Source: Candidatus Berkelbacteria bacterium
GTDB taxonomy: Bacteria; Patescibacteriota; UBA1384; XYA2-FULL-43-10; 1-14-0-10-43-13
Assembly (NCBI GenBank): GCA_037143235.1
Contig: JBAWZC010000004.1
Coordinates: 1,776 to 65,775 of the forward strand
DNA length: 64,000 bases
Direction of reading: 5' to 3'
Part shown: piece after piece, positions 10,069 to 20,311 of the stretch
Numbering within the stretch: position 1 is the first letter of the stretch
Layout of the letters: each line of letters starts with the position of its first letter
Notes under the pieces: model-generated
What the model was told of the DNA's origin: nothing
The model's database searches: none
What the model saw: the letters and a program-made list of their open reading frames with translations, nothing else
Translations under genes and position numbers: made by a program

Positions 10069-11193
10069 ATGAAAATTTTAATAACATGCTACGCCTCTCA
10101 CGGAGGTAGCGGGACTTTGGCTACAGAACTAGGCCTTCGCCTTGCCAAAAGAGGGCATCAAATTCACTTTGTTTCTACTGAAGTTCCTTATCGTTTGATC
10201 GGTTCTTGGAAAAAGAATATTTTCTTTCACGAAGTAGAGACTATGGAATATCCATTGTTTGTAACTCAACCAACTGACTTAGCTCTAGCAAACAAAATAG
10301 CCCAAGTCGCCGAGCAATACAAAATTGATCTCATTCATGGCCATTATGCCATACCGCATTTTCCTGCAATGTATTTGGCTAAAAAAATGCTTGCTGACAG
10401 AGGTATCTCGGTGAAAACAATATCGACTTTTCACGGTACGGATGTTTACCTGATAGGTGAAGATCCAACATTGCGAGACATCGTCAAATTCTCGGCTGAA
10501 CATTCAAATGTCTGCACTACGGTCTCAAAGAGTCTGGCGACTGATGCCAAAGAGATTTATGGCCTTAAAAAAATGCCAAAGATTATTTATAATTTTGTCA
10601 CTATCACACCAGAAAAAAGAGGCAATAAAGAGCTTCGCGAAATATTTGCTCCAAAAGGTGAGCGAATTATTACCCATATGTCCAATTTCCGTGAAATTAA
10701 GCGAATTCCCGATGTTGTTCGCGTTTTCGCCAATGTTAATAAGAAAATCCCTTCACGCTTAATTCTCATTGGTGATGGTCCGGAGAGAAATACTGCTTAT
10801 AAAATTGCCAAACAGCTAAATGTTTTGACCAAAATTCACTTTTTGGGGCTTCAAACTAATATCGCCAAATTACTTTCTATCTCGGACTTATTCATATTGC
10901 CCTCAGAAAAGGAAAGCTTTGGTCTTTCTGCGCTAGAGGCAATGGCCAGTGGCGTTCCAGTTATTGCTACAAATACATGCGGTTTGCCAGAAGTAATCGA
11001 AGACGGTAAATGTGGATATCTTTCACCGATAGGCGATATCAAAAAAATGACTGACGATACTATCGAATTACTCACTAACCATGTCAAGTACAAAAAGTTT
11101 TCAGATCGATGCAAAACAATTGCTGAAAGCAAATTTGATGTCAAAAAGATTATCGATCAGTATGAAAAATTGTACAGTAGCTTGATAGGCTAG
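10069..11193 (+). CDS. bshA: N-acetylglucosaminyl-malate synthase BshA-like GT4
   Basis: ITCY..GGSG..ATELG, HEV...YPLF, DLALANKI, HYAIPH, HGTD, SNFR..KRI, ESFGL; characteristic of Bacillus BshA. Confidence 0.85.
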   Translation: MKILITCYASHGGSGTLATELGLRLAKRGHQIHFVSTEVPYRLIGSWKKNIFFHEVETMEYPLFVTQPTDLALANKIAQVAEQYKIDLIHGHYAIPHFPAMYLAKKMLADRGISVKTISTFHGTDVYLIGEDPTLRDIVKFSAEHSNVCTTVSKSLATDAKEIYGLKKMPKIIYNFVTITPEKRGNKELREIFAPKGERIITHMSNFREIKRIPDVVRVFANVNKKIPSRLILIGDGPERNTAYKIAKQLNVLTKIHFLGLQTNIAKLLSISDLFILPSEKESFGLSALEAMASGVPVIATNTCGLPEVIEDGKCGYLSPIGDIKKMTDDTIELLTNHVKYKKFSDRCKTIAESKFDVKKIIDQYEKLYSSLIG

Positions 11194-11197
11194 TTTT

Positions 11198-12355
11198 ATG
11201 GTCAGAAAATATACCAGCAAAGTAGTTTATTATGCTAGCTACAATAGCCGAACTCATATCGGCACTTCTTTTACCTTGGCGAAACTAATGCCCGAAGTGT
11301 TGTTTTATGTTGTTACTGCTGAACTATGGCCATTTGGAGACCTGGATAATGTTATCGTTAAACAGATACGGCGGCCGAATTGCTCCATTAGGCTTGATAG
11401 TAAAATCTACCTACACACTTACGATTACGAAAAAGATTTGCCGAGTCCAGTATCATATCGAGAACATATCCAAGATTATCTTGAGATACTAAAGGATGTT
11501 GATCCCAATCTAGTTATCGTTGATATTACCTATGAAGTTGCCATCTGGAGTAAACTGTTGGGATATCCAACTTGTGTTTTTTATGAGACTATTGATAATT
11601 CTGCTTTGCGAATAAAAATTGCATGGGATAGCGTCGACTCAGTTTTGGTTCGATATCCCGAGCGCTTTGTCAAAAAAGTTGAGGGCAAGCTGCACTCTAA
11701 TATGGTTTTTTTGGGTGGTACATCTCGCTTTGATCTGGGCGAGAAAGTGCTAACCATTCCTTCAGTAAAAGATAGTCAAGAGACGGTCGTAACATTCGTT
11801 TCGAGCTCAAACGCACACGATAACTCGATGCGCAATGAGTATTTTCAACCGATTGTAGCCGCTTTGGCTCGATTGAAAAATTCGAAAGTTAATTTCTTTT
11901 ATCCGAAAAATGATGATTTTATTATCAAACAGCAAGAGAAGTATCGTCATATAAATTTTATCATTGGTGATTTTGACCAAATTGAGCGATTTATTGCGAA
12001 GTCAGATATAATTGTTTCTCCTGCTGGAATGGGGATTGTGATGGAGACATCGCTGTACCAAAAACCAATGTTATTGATTCCTGCCTTATGGATATATCAG
12101 GAACAAATGAATAAGGCCAAGATATTGCATGAAATTGGTGCCTGTCGTTATCTTGATCCGAAAGAAATGACAGAAAATACTGTCGAAGATGCAATATGTG
12201 AAATACTTAACGATGATGCCGTTCGAAGAAAAATGAAAGCTGCGCAGAAAGAATTAATTGATGGCCGCGGGTATTATCGTCTACGCGAAAAAATCACTGA
12301 ATTGCTAGCTAGTGATAAATGTATGAACAAAATTAGTATTGAGGAGAAGAAATGA
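11198..12355 (+). CDS. GT-B glycosyltransferase (GT28-like C-terminus)
   Basis: DIIVSPAGMG..ME, KPMLLIP, EQ..KA motifs. Confidence 0.7.
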   Translation: MVRKYTSKVVYYASYNSRTHIGTSFTLAKLMPEVLFYVVTAELWPFGDLDNVIVKQIRRPNCSIRLDSKIYLHTYDYEKDLPSPVSYREHIQDYLEILKDVDPNLVIVDITYEVAIWSKLLGYPTCVFYETIDNSALRIKIAWDSVDSVLVRYPERFVKKVEGKLHSNMVFLGGTSRFDLGEKVLTIPSVKDSQETVVTFVSSSNAHDNSMRNEYFQPIVAALARLKNSKVNFFYPKNDDFIIKQQEKYRHINFIIGDFDQIERFIAKSDIIVSPAGMGIVMETSLYQKPMLLIPALWIYQEQMNKAKILHEIGACRYLDPKEMTENTVEDAICEILNDDAVRRKMKAAQKELIDGRGYYRLREKITELLASDKCMNKISIEEKK

Positions 12356-13401
12356 AAATTGGTGTAATCGCCCCGCTCGCTTATCCGATTCCTCCCAAAA
12401 CATATGGTGGAACAGAAAGTGTAATTTATTTTTTGGTCGAAGGGTTGGTTTCAAAGGGGCACGAAGTCACACTGTTCGCAACTGATGATAGTGAAACAAG
12501 CGCAGATCTTGATTCGACTTATGCAAAACAAATTACCGGTCTACCACTCGAAAGAAAAAACGCATTTCAGACCTTGAAAAGAATAAATTATATTGCATCA
12601 ATATCGGACAAATTTGACTTAATTCATAATCATGATGGTCTCGTTCCAATGTGTCAGTCAGAATATTTCAAAGTACCAATGGTAACGACCTCTCATACTG
12701 ACTTATCGAGGACAATTGGCGACGATGTAATACGACAAGAATTATTTCGAAATAATAACATCATCAGTATTAGCAATTCTCAAAGAAAAGGTTTCCCGGA
12801 AGCGAAATACATAGGAACTGTTTATAATGGTACCGTCAGTTTAGATGACTATAGTCTTGGTTGTGGTGGGGATTATTTGGTCTGGATAGGTAGATTTAAT
12901 CCATACAAGGGCGCAAAAGAGGCGATAGAAATAGCTAAAAAAGCTGGTAAAAAATTATTTTTGGCTGCGAAAATAGAAGAGGAAAATAGAGATTACTTCG
13001 ATCAATATATCAAGCCAGAACTAGATGACGATTCTATCGTGTACTTGGGTGAGATAGGACTACAAGAGAAAGTGAAATTGCTGATGGGCGCTTGGGCTTA
13101 CTTGATGCCGATAAGTTGGGACGAACCTTTTGGTTTAGTAATGATTGAGGCTATGGCTTGCGGTACTCCAGTAATTGCTTTCAATAGAGGGTCAGTACCA
13201 GAAGTTGTCGAAGACAAGGTGACTGGGTACATTGTTGATGAAGGGGACATTGACGCAGCGGTCGCAGCCGTTGGCGCCATCGACAAAATAAAAAGAGAAG
13301 ATTGTCGAAAAAGAGTTCAAGATAATTTTTCTATCGAGAATATGGTTTCTGGTTATGAGAGAATTTACGAAGACATTATTGCAGAACACAGTGGAAAATA
13401 A
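12352..13401 (+). CDS. GT4 glycosyltransferase
   Basis: PPKTYGGTE, GRFNPYKG, WDEPFGLVMIEAMACGTPVIA. Confidence 0.92.
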   Translation: MKIGVIAPLAYPIPPKTYGGTESVIYFLVEGLVSKGHEVTLFATDDSETSADLDSTYAKQITGLPLERKNAFQTLKRINYIASISDKFDLIHNHDGLVPMCQSEYFKVPMVTTSHTDLSRTIGDDVIRQELFRNNNIISISNSQRKGFPEAKYIGTVYNGTVSLDDYSLGCGGDYLVWIGRFNPYKGAKEAIEIAKKAGKKLFLAAKIEEENRDYFDQYIKPELDDDSIVYLGEIGLQEKVKLLMGAWAYLMPISWDEPFGLVMIEAMACGTPVIAFNRGSVPEVVEDKVTGYIVDEGDIDAAVAAVGAIDKIKREDCRKRVQDNFSIENMVSGYERIYEDIIAEHSGK

Positions 13402-14326
13402 ATCGAAGTTAGGTCTGTTTAACAGGGTGATAAAATCTATCTCGTCGATAGAATTGTTTGTCGTGGACAAAGATGAATACCAAGAAATTGTCAGAGAGCA
13501 GATAGAAAAGGGGCTTCATAGAATAGTGGTTTTGGGAAAATACAAAGGGAAAAAAGCTGTTTTTCGACAGTATTCCAATAAAACTATCAAATCTAAACAG
13601 TTTTTTAATAGAGAGCTCACTGCACTGAAAGAGTTGGACGAAAATGGTTTTTCTGTGCAACCGAACTTGCTAGATTTTAGTATCAAAGATTTATGGCTCC
13701 TAGAAAGCTATGTTGCCGGGGAGGTCTCTGGAAACTTCTTTAATTTCTCAAAAAAATTTGTAGATAGGGTCAAGCCAAAAACGATCATTAAATATCTGAC
13801 AGAACTAAATGTACTAACTCCAAGTTTGCCAAAATATTCTTCGAAATTGATCAAAGAATACGAACAAAAGATTGAATATATTGTTGATCATTGGCCTTTT
13901 GATAAAAATGAGATCTATCCTTGGGCCACCAACTTCAGAGATTATTTGAAGAGAGCAGTTAAAGAAGTTAAATTCTGGCATTCTGATATAAATGTCGGGA
14001 ATATCATCACCAGAGGGGGGAAGATATATTTGATTGATTGGGAAAGTGCAAGATATGATATTCCATTTAAGGATTTGGCGGCGGCATATTATCGAGCTGC
14101 AGATTTCCCTAGCTGGCAAAATGATTTTCTGAGTAATTTAACATTAAACCAGCAGGATATGGTTATGTTCGATTATGTATATATGTTATATCTGTGCGAA
14201 GATATTTGTTTTTTAAATGATAGAGTGGGGAATAAAAAATATACCTTTAGGGAAGGTGATGCCTCAGAGACGAGAATAAAGGAAATTATTCGGAGAAATC
14301 ATAGGATTGTTAAAAAATTAGTATGA
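13355..14326 (+). CDS. APH/choline-kinase-like phosphotransferase (true start may be GTG at 13391)
   Basis: HSDINVGNII and LIDWE motifs. Confidence 0.75.
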   Translation: MREFTKTLLQNTVENKSKLGLFNRVIKSISSIELFVVDKDEYQEIVREQIEKGLHRIVVLGKYKGKKAVFRQYSNKTIKSKQFFNRELTALKELDENGFSVQPNLLDFSIKDLWLLESYVAGEVSGNFFNFSKKFVDRVKPKTIIKYLTELNVLTPSLPKYSSKLIKEYEQKIEYIVDHWPFDKNEIYPWATNFRDYLKRAVKEVKFWHSDINVGNIITRGGKIYLIDWESARYDIPFKDLAAAYYRAADFPSWQNDFLSNLTLNQQDMVMFDYVYMLYLCEDICFLNDRVGNKKYTFREGDASETRIKEIIRRNHRIVKKLV

Positions 14327-14892
14327 TCGCATATCTAAAAGGAAAAATTGTGCTGGCGAGTCAGGGTCGATTGATCATCGATGTTTCTGGTGTTGGCTAC
14401 AAAGTGATGGTCGCATCACAAAAAAGTCAAGAAATAGGCTCCGAGACTGAGCTATTTATTCACGAGCATATTCGCGAGGATGCCGACGATTTTTATGGTT
14501 TTGAAAAATACGAGGAGCTCGAATTATTTGAAAGATTAATTTCGGTTAATGGTGTTGGTCCCAAAGCTGGCCTTTTGATTATGGCAGCTGGTTCGGTCGC
14601 TGAGATAGTTTCCTCGATTCAGCTCGGCAACATTGCCTTTTTCAAATCAATCACCGGGATCGGCAACAAGGTTGCAGCAAAAATTATTTTGGAGCTAAAG
14701 GACAAGGTCGCCAATATTTCCGATGCCGAACTGATCGGTAATTTCGATCAGGAAGATGATGTCGTCGAAGGCTTGATCTCTCTTGGTTACAAAAAAGCAG
14801 AACTGACTAAGATTATCGCCAAGATTCCAGCTGACCTGACGGAATCAGAGGACAAGATTCGCTGGTGTCTCAGAAATTTATCCAACAATTAA
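14323..14892 (+). CDS. ruvA: Holliday junction branch migration protein RuvA
   Basis: MIAYLKG, GVGYKV, SVNGVGPK, GIGNKVA.KIILELK. Confidence 0.96.
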   Translation: MIAYLKGKIVLASQGRLIIDVSGVGYKVMVASQKSQEIGSETELFIHEHIREDADDFYGFEKYEELELFERLISVNGVGPKAGLLIMAAGSVAEIVSSIQLGNIAFFKSITGIGNKVAAKIILELKDKVANISDAELIGNFDQEDDVVEGLISLGYKKAELTKIIAKIPADLTESEDKIRWCLRNLSNN

Positions 14893-14897
14893 ATCAG

Positions 14898-14941
14898 AAA
14901 TGTAATAATTAGTACGCTATAGCGTACTAATTATTACATTT
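14898..14941. repeat. Perfect 44-bp palindrome
   Basis: AAATGTAATAATTAGTACGCTA|TAGCGTACTAATTATTACATTT. Confidence 0.95.
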
Positions 14942-15002
14942 ATAGACACAGAGGAAGGTATTATATTCTCGCTCTTTTCCATTTCTTTGCTATAATGCTG
15001 AT

Positions 15003-16046
15003 ATGAGTAAAATGAACGACGAAAATCTAGAGACAGACCTGACCAATCCTGAGGCACTTTCTCCTGATGATGTTTTTGAGTTGACCCTGCGTCCGCGCAG
15101 TCTAGTTGATTATATTGGCCAACCTCACATCAAGGAAAATTTACTGATCTTCATGGAAGCAGCAAAGCAGAGGCAGGAGCCGATCGAGCATTTGTTGCTT
15201 TATGGCCCTCCTGGTCTTGGCAAAACCACTTTGGCCTATATTATTGCCAATGAGATGGGCGTGAGCGTCAAAATTACCTCTGGTCCAGCCATCCAAAGGT
15301 CGGGTGATCTGGTGGCTATATTATCAAACCTACAAGAAGGCGATGTGTTATTTATCGATGAGATCCATCGCCTGATGAGAAATGTTGAAGAAGTCTTATA
15401 TTCGGCCATGGAAGATTATGCGATTGATCTAATACTTGGCAAGGGTCCGTCGGCCAAGTCAATGCGACTGAGCTTGCCCAAGTTCACTTTGGTCGGGGCT
15501 ACTACCAAATTTGGCTCGCTCTCTTCGCCTCTGCGTGATCGTTTTGGCGCCGTGCATCGCCTTGAATTTTATTCAGTCGAAGACCTAGCCAAGATTATCA
15601 AGCGCGCTGCCAAGATCTTGAAGATCAAAGAGATTGACGATCAGTCTATCACGGAGATCGCCAAGCGCTCGAGAAGAACTCCTCGAATCGCCAATCGTAT
15701 TTTACGCCGCGTTAGAGACTGGGCAGAGGTGAAAAATAGTGGTATAATCAATTTATCGATTGCGCGAGATGCAATTGATAATTTGCATATTGACTCGCTT
15801 GGTTTGGACCGAAACGATCGCGACTATCTACGGCTAATTGCTGAAAAGTTTGCTGGTGGCCCAGTCGGCTTGGAAACAATTTCAGCGGCTTTGTCGGAGG
15901 ATAAAGATACCGTCGAGGATGTTACTGAGCCATATTTACTGCAGCTCGGATTTATCAGTCGGACCAATCGTGGTCGAGTTTTGTCAGAACTTGGCTACAG
16001 CCATTTAGGTATTAATTCGCAACAGGGCCAGGCACCGTTGCTTTAA
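15003..16046 (+). CDS. ruvB: Holliday junction helicase RuvB
   Basis: [34 protein letters not shown]. Confidence 0.97.
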   Translation: MSKMNDENLETDLTNPEALSPDDVFELTLRPRSLVDYIGQPHIKENLLIFMEAAKQRQEPIEHLLLYGPPGLGKTTLAYIIANEMGVSVKITSGPAIQRSGDLVAILSNLQEGDVLFIDEIHRLMRNVEEVLYSAMEDYAIDLILGKGPSAKSMRLSLPKFTLVGATTKFGSLSSPLRDRFGAVHRLEFYSVEDLAKIIKRAAKILKIKEIDDQSITEIAKRSRRTPRIANRILRRVRDWAEVKNSGIINLSIARDAIDNLHIDSLGLDRNDRDYLRLIAEKFAGGPVGLETISAALSEDKDTVEDVTEPYLLQLGFISRTNRGRVLSELGYSHLGINSQQGQAPLL

Positions 16047-16050
16047 GCCA

Positions 16051-16632
16051 ATGAATCGGGGGCAAAAAAAAATTCTAGTTCAAGTCTGTTGCGCTTCTTG
16101 CGCGGCATATGTAATCGAAGAATTGATCAAAAAAGATTTTGAGCCTATTTTGTATTTTTACAACCCTGAGATTCAAAACTCGGAAGATTATCAGAAAAGA
16201 TTTGATGATATATCTGCCTTTGCAGCAAAAAATTCAATTAAATTGTTAGTTGATACTTTTGATGGTGATTTCATTGAACAAACTACTCGGCCATACACAG
16301 CCAAAGAGTCACTTAAATATATTAATGACCTTGATCGTTATCGTCGCAAGCGCTGCAATCTGTGTCTGACAGAGATTATCTCCACAACGAGAATGCGGGC
16401 GCAAAAAGAAAAGATCGATATTTTCACCACGACTTTTCTTTGTTCGCCCTTCAAACCTCATCAGGAAATCGCGGCAATCGCTGACTCATTATCTTCCCAA
16501 AACCCAGTTTTCTACTATCAGGATTTCCGTAAGGGTTATTGGTCTGGCCGAAATTTCGCTAAAAATAACTTGAATTATATTCCCAAATATTGCGGTTGCA
16601 ATGATTCGGAAAAAGAAGGACGACTCGAATGA
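16051..16632 (+). CDS. queH: Epoxyqueuosine reductase QueH-like (copy 1)
   Basis: CCASC, FYNP.I, RCNLC, SPFK, YCGC. Confidence 0.8.
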   Translation: MNRGQKKILVQVCCASCAAYVIEELIKKDFEPILYFYNPEIQNSEDYQKRFDDISAFAAKNSIKLLVDTFDGDFIEQTTRPYTAKESLKYINDLDRYRRKRCNLCLTEIISTTRMRAQKEKIDIFTTTFLCSPFKPHQEIAAIADSLSSQNPVFYYQDFRKGYWSGRNFAKNNLNYIPKYCGCNDSEKEGRLE

Positions 16633-16850
16633 CAAATCTGAATACAAACCAAATTTTACTAATTTTTTACTCAGTTATTTTAATCGCTTTTTTTGGCGCT
16701 AGCTTCTTTCCGATCTATGATTTGTGGAGATTCGGGCACAGAGGAGATCGAACGAGAATTGTGACGATTATTTATGTCATGCTCTCATTGGCCGTCATCG
16801 CGATTTCGTTTTTCTTGATCATTACCAACCAATTATTATCTCAGATCTAA
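16629..16850 (+). CDS. Small two-TM membrane protein
   Basis: Two hydrophobic helices; start overlaps the queH stop. Confidence 0.65.
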   Translation: MTNLNTNQILLIFYSVILIAFFGASFFPIYDLWRFGHRGDRTRIVTIIYVMLSLAVIAISFFLIITNQLLSQI

Positions 16851-16852
16851 AG

Positions 16853-17707
16853 ATGGCTAAAGAAAATTTCAAAAATTTATTTCCAAGCCAGCGACGAGAT
16901 GAGAAGATTTTTATGATCATCCGCAAGCACTGGTTTGCGTATGTGCCGTTTTTTACTGCTGCCCTTGCTCTTGCTGGCGGTTGGGTTATCGTTATGTCTA
17001 TAATAATTGCCAACAATGTGAGTTTGGTTGGTACAGTCGGCATGTTGATTATTTTGGGGTCTAGCATTTACGGTTTATTTTCTCTTTATCTTTTTCTCTA
17101 TGGCTTCGTCGATTATTATCTTGATACATACATTATTACCGACCAGCGGATCATCGATATCGCTCAAAACGGATTATTCAGCAGAAAAGTCTCCGAATTG
17201 TATCTAAACCAGATTCAGGATGTGAGTACCGATGTTTCAAATGTTTTTGGTACCATGCTCCATTTTGGCGACATTATAATTCAAACCGCTGGCGAGCGGA
17301 CGAACTTTTTGTTTAACACTATTGGCCATCCATATCGAATTTCGAAATTGATTACTGATCTGCAGGAAAAATATAATCAGCCAGATAAAGGAGACGACAG
17401 TAGCACCGCGAAAAAAGCTTCACGCAGAACTAGTGGCAATATCAATGGTCGTAGTATTTCCAATTTGAAAAAAGTTGATGAAATTGAATTGGATAAAGCT
17501 GATCAGCGCTTGATAGACTGCCAGAACATTGAAAATCTCGGGATGTCTGCTGGCCAAATCTACGATCAGGTCAAAACCACAAAGACAGAAGTTCCTCCTG
17601 TGAAGAAAAAGCCAGCGGTAGTAAAAAGTATCAAAAAAGAAGAGGAAGAAGATTCCACAGATAACAGCAGAACTCTTCTTGAAGGGAAAGAGGTCAAAAT
17701 TAAATGA
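16853..17707 (+). CDS. Membrane protein with bacterial PH domain
   Basis: IRKHWF, two TMs, YIITDQRIIDI.Q.GLF, IQDV, FGDIIIQTAG. Confidence 0.8.
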   Translation: MAKENFKNLFPSQRRDEKIFMIIRKHWFAYVPFFTAALALAGGWVIVMSIIIANNVSLVGTVGMLIILGSSIYGLFSLYLFLYGFVDYYLDTYIITDQRIIDIAQNGLFSRKVSELYLNQIQDVSTDVSNVFGTMLHFGDIIIQTAGERTNFLFNTIGHPYRISKLITDLQEKYNQPDKGDDSSTAKKASRRTSGNINGRSISNLKKVDEIELDKADQRLIDCQNIENLGMSAGQIYDQVKTTKTEVPPVKKKPAVVKSIKKEEEEDSTDNSRTLLEGKEVKIK

Positions 17708-18738
17708 ATCTGTCTGATTTCGATTACGATTTACCCAAAGAGTTGATTGCTCAGCATCCAGTCGATAAACGTGACGAGTCTCGTCTTTTGGTTTATTGTC
17801 AGAAGACCGAGGAAATTGCCGACAAGCATTTCGGCGATTTGATCGATTATTTGCACTCGGGAGATGTTTTGGTTCTGAACAATTCGAGAGTATTTCCAGC
17901 TCGCTTGATTGGTCAAAAAGCTAAAACTGGCGGAGTGGTTGAAATATTTTTGAGTCGAACAATCGACGAATATGTCTGGGAGGCACTAGGCAAGAATTGC
18001 AAAGTCGGCTCCCGAATTACTTTTTCTGACTCAGACCTCACTGCCGTGATCATCGAAAAACAGGACAAATTTGTCAAAGTTCGTTTTAGTCAGAGCGGAG
18101 ACAAGCTATTCGCAGAGATAGAAAAGATTGGCCACATTCCATTGCCGCCGTATATCAAGCGCGAAAAGGATGAAAAGGAAGACAGTGAACGATACCAGAC
18201 TGTCTATTCAAAAAATATTGGTAGTGTTGCGGCACCGACCGCTGGTCTGCACTTTACTGAGAAATTGCTCTCTGCTCTCCGCGCCAAGGGTGTTTTGATT
18301 CAGGAAATTACGCTACATGTTGGTCTGGGTACGTTCGCGCCGATCGATGATGAGACGATCAAAAGCAAAAAGTTGCATCTGGAGCATTTTTCGATTTCAA
18401 AAGAAACAATCGAACAAATCGCTCTGGCCAAAAAAGATGGCCGCAAGATCGTTGCTGTCGGCACGACAACAACTCGTGTTTTGGAATATCTAGCCGACAA
18501 AATTATTGCTACAGTTGATCACGATATTGAGGGGTCGACCGATATTTTCATCCAACCGGGCTATAAATTCAAAATTATCGATGCTTTGGTGACGAATTTT
18601 CATTTGCCTAAATCTTCTTTGTTAATGCTCATTTCTGCTTTTGTCGGTCAAGAAAAAGCACTCTCTATTTACAAAATAGCGGTTGAAAGGCGGTATCGCT
18701 TCTTTTCCTACGGAGACGCGATGCTAATACTGCCATGA
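17704..18738 (+). CDS. queA: SAM:tRNA ribosyltransferase-isomerase QueA
   Basis: DFDYDLP.ELIAQ, PLPPYI, AAPTAGLHFT, TNFHLP, FFSYGDAM. Confidence 0.97.
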   Translation: MNLSDFDYDLPKELIAQHPVDKRDESRLLVYCQKTEEIADKHFGDLIDYLHSGDVLVLNNSRVFPARLIGQKAKTGGVVEIFLSRTIDEYVWEALGKNCKVGSRITFSDSDLTAVIIEKQDKFVKVRFSQSGDKLFAEIEKIGHIPLPPYIKREKDEKEDSERYQTVYSKNIGSVAAPTAGLHFTEKLLSALRAKGVLIQEITLHVGLGTFAPIDDETIKSKKLHLEHFSISKETIEQIALAKKDGRKIVAVGTTTTRVLEYLADKIIATVDHDIEGSTDIFIQPGYKFKIIDALVTNFHLPKSSLLMLISAFVGQEKALSIYKIAVERRYRFFSYGDAMLILP

Positions 18739-19946
18739 GGCTCAAAGCCAAATTTGTTTTATTATTTTCTATTTTATTCCTGACTTTTCTAATTTTTTCC
18801 AAGTGTTCGGCAGAAGAATTACCTGTCCCTGAAGACTCTATTGTCCATGTGAATGAGATTGTCGCAAATCCAGTTGGCAACGATAGCGACGCTGAATGGA
18901 TTGAACTATATAATGGCTCCGATGAAGCAGTCGATCTGCAGGGCTGGTCACTTGTCGATACCCTTGGTTCGACACATCAATACTATTTTAATGATTCAGC
19001 CTTGATCGAGGCGCACGGTTTTTTGGTCGTGAATAGTAAGACAAGTGGTATTACTTTAAATAACGATCAGGATAGTATTCGACTGCTCAAACCAGACGAT
19101 ACTGTTGCCTCAGAGTCAGAGATATACACCAATGCGAGGGAAGGCGTTAGCTGGTCGCGCAAAGACGATGGTTCTTGGGCGTGGACGACAACACTGACTC
19201 CCAGCGCCAGCAATATTTTCGACCCAGAGACGCCCATCGTTGTGATCGAAAAAGATGAACCCATCTTGTTGACAATCGCCGAAGCCAGGACTAGACAAGA
19301 CGGTGAAAGTGTCTGGATCAAAGGCAAAGTGACCGTTTTTCCTGGCACTCTTGGCGCACAGTATTTTTACATCGAGGACGAAACAGCTGGCATGCAAATT
19401 TATTCATATTCCAAAGAGTTCCCGCTTCTAGAGATAGGGCAGACCGTAGAAATTAAGGGTGTATTATCCGGAGCCAATTCAGACAGGCGCGTCAAAATTT
19501 CTCAATTATCAGACATAGTCATTGTTACTGTTCCGATAGTGTCGATTGAGCCAAAGCCATTGGAAATCATCGAAGTTAATGAAAAAGTCGAGGGTCAATA
19601 TGTTACTGTTTCTGGTGAAGTTAGTCGTCCCTCGGGAGATACTTTTTATGTCAAAAATGATCAGGCGGAGGTTAAAATTGTTGTAAAAAGTGGTGCAAAT
19701 ATTGACAAACCAAGACTAAAAACTGGCCAATCAATCACAGTTTCGGGAGTCGTTTCTCAATATCAGGACGAGTATAGAATCTTGCCGACTCGCCAAGAAG
19801 ATGTTAGAGTGGTATCTCTGGGGCAAGCCGAATTACCAAAGACTGGGCCCGATGATTCAATTTTATTCTCGATAATTATTTCTGCGCCAATATGGACTTT
19901 GTATCTCATAGTCTCGAAGAGACAAAAAATATTGCTGAGAGCTTAG
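18735..19946 (+). CDS. Secreted lamin-tail-domain and OB-fold protein with LPKTG sorting-like signal
   Basis: Signal peptide; NEIVANP..EWIELYN (LTD); two OB repeats; LPKTG, TM helix and KRQK tail. Confidence 0.8.
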   Translation: MRLKAKFVLLFSILFLTFLIFSKCSAEELPVPEDSIVHVNEIVANPVGNDSDAEWIELYNGSDEAVDLQGWSLVDTLGSTHQYYFNDSALIEAHGFLVVNSKTSGITLNNDQDSIRLLKPDDTVASESEIYTNAREGVSWSRKDDGSWAWTTTLTPSASNIFDPETPIVVIEKDEPILLTIAEARTRQDGESVWIKGKVTVFPGTLGAQYFYIEDETAGMQIYSYSKEFPLLEIGQTVEIKGVLSGANSDRRVKISQLSDIVIVTVPIVSIEPKPLEIIEVNEKVEGQYVTVSGEVSRPSGDTFYVKNDQAEVKIVVKSGANIDKPRLKTGQSITVSGVVSQYQDEYRILPTRQEDVRVVSLGQAELPKTGPDDSILFSIIISAPIWTLYLIVSKRQKILLRA

Positions 19947-20311
19947 CTCGAAAAACACCGGCAGGGTCTTGGCTGCTTCTTTTTGGAGACCTTGGCAGTG
20001 GTAAAACAACCTTCACTCAGTATTTCGCGGCAGCGCTCGGAGTGAAGCGAAATATTACTAGCCCAACCTTCGTGATCGCGAAGAATTATCCAGTGGATCA
20101 GGATAAAAAATTTGTTCATATCGACGCTTACAGACTGAATGGAGAGTTGGACGCAGAATCGATCGGTCTCTCTGAACTCAAAAAAGACCCTAGTGCCTAT
20201 GTTGTTGTTGAATGGCCAGAAAAAATTCTCAGCTCTTTGCCAGTAAACGCGATTACCCTTAGGTTTGAGTATGTCTCCGAAAATGAGCGTAAAATTAGTA
20301 TTTTGTCATAA
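19892..20311 (+). CDS. tsaE: t6A biosynthesis ATPase TsaE
   Basis: GDLGSGKTTF, SPTF, HIDAYRL, VEW. Confidence 0.95.
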   Translation: MDFVSHSLEETKNIAESLARKTPAGSWLLLFGDLGSGKTTFTQYFAAALGVKRNITSPTFVIAKNYPVDQDKKFVHIDAYRLNGELDAESIGLSELKKDPSAYVVVEWPEKILSSLPVNAITLRFEYVSENERKISILS

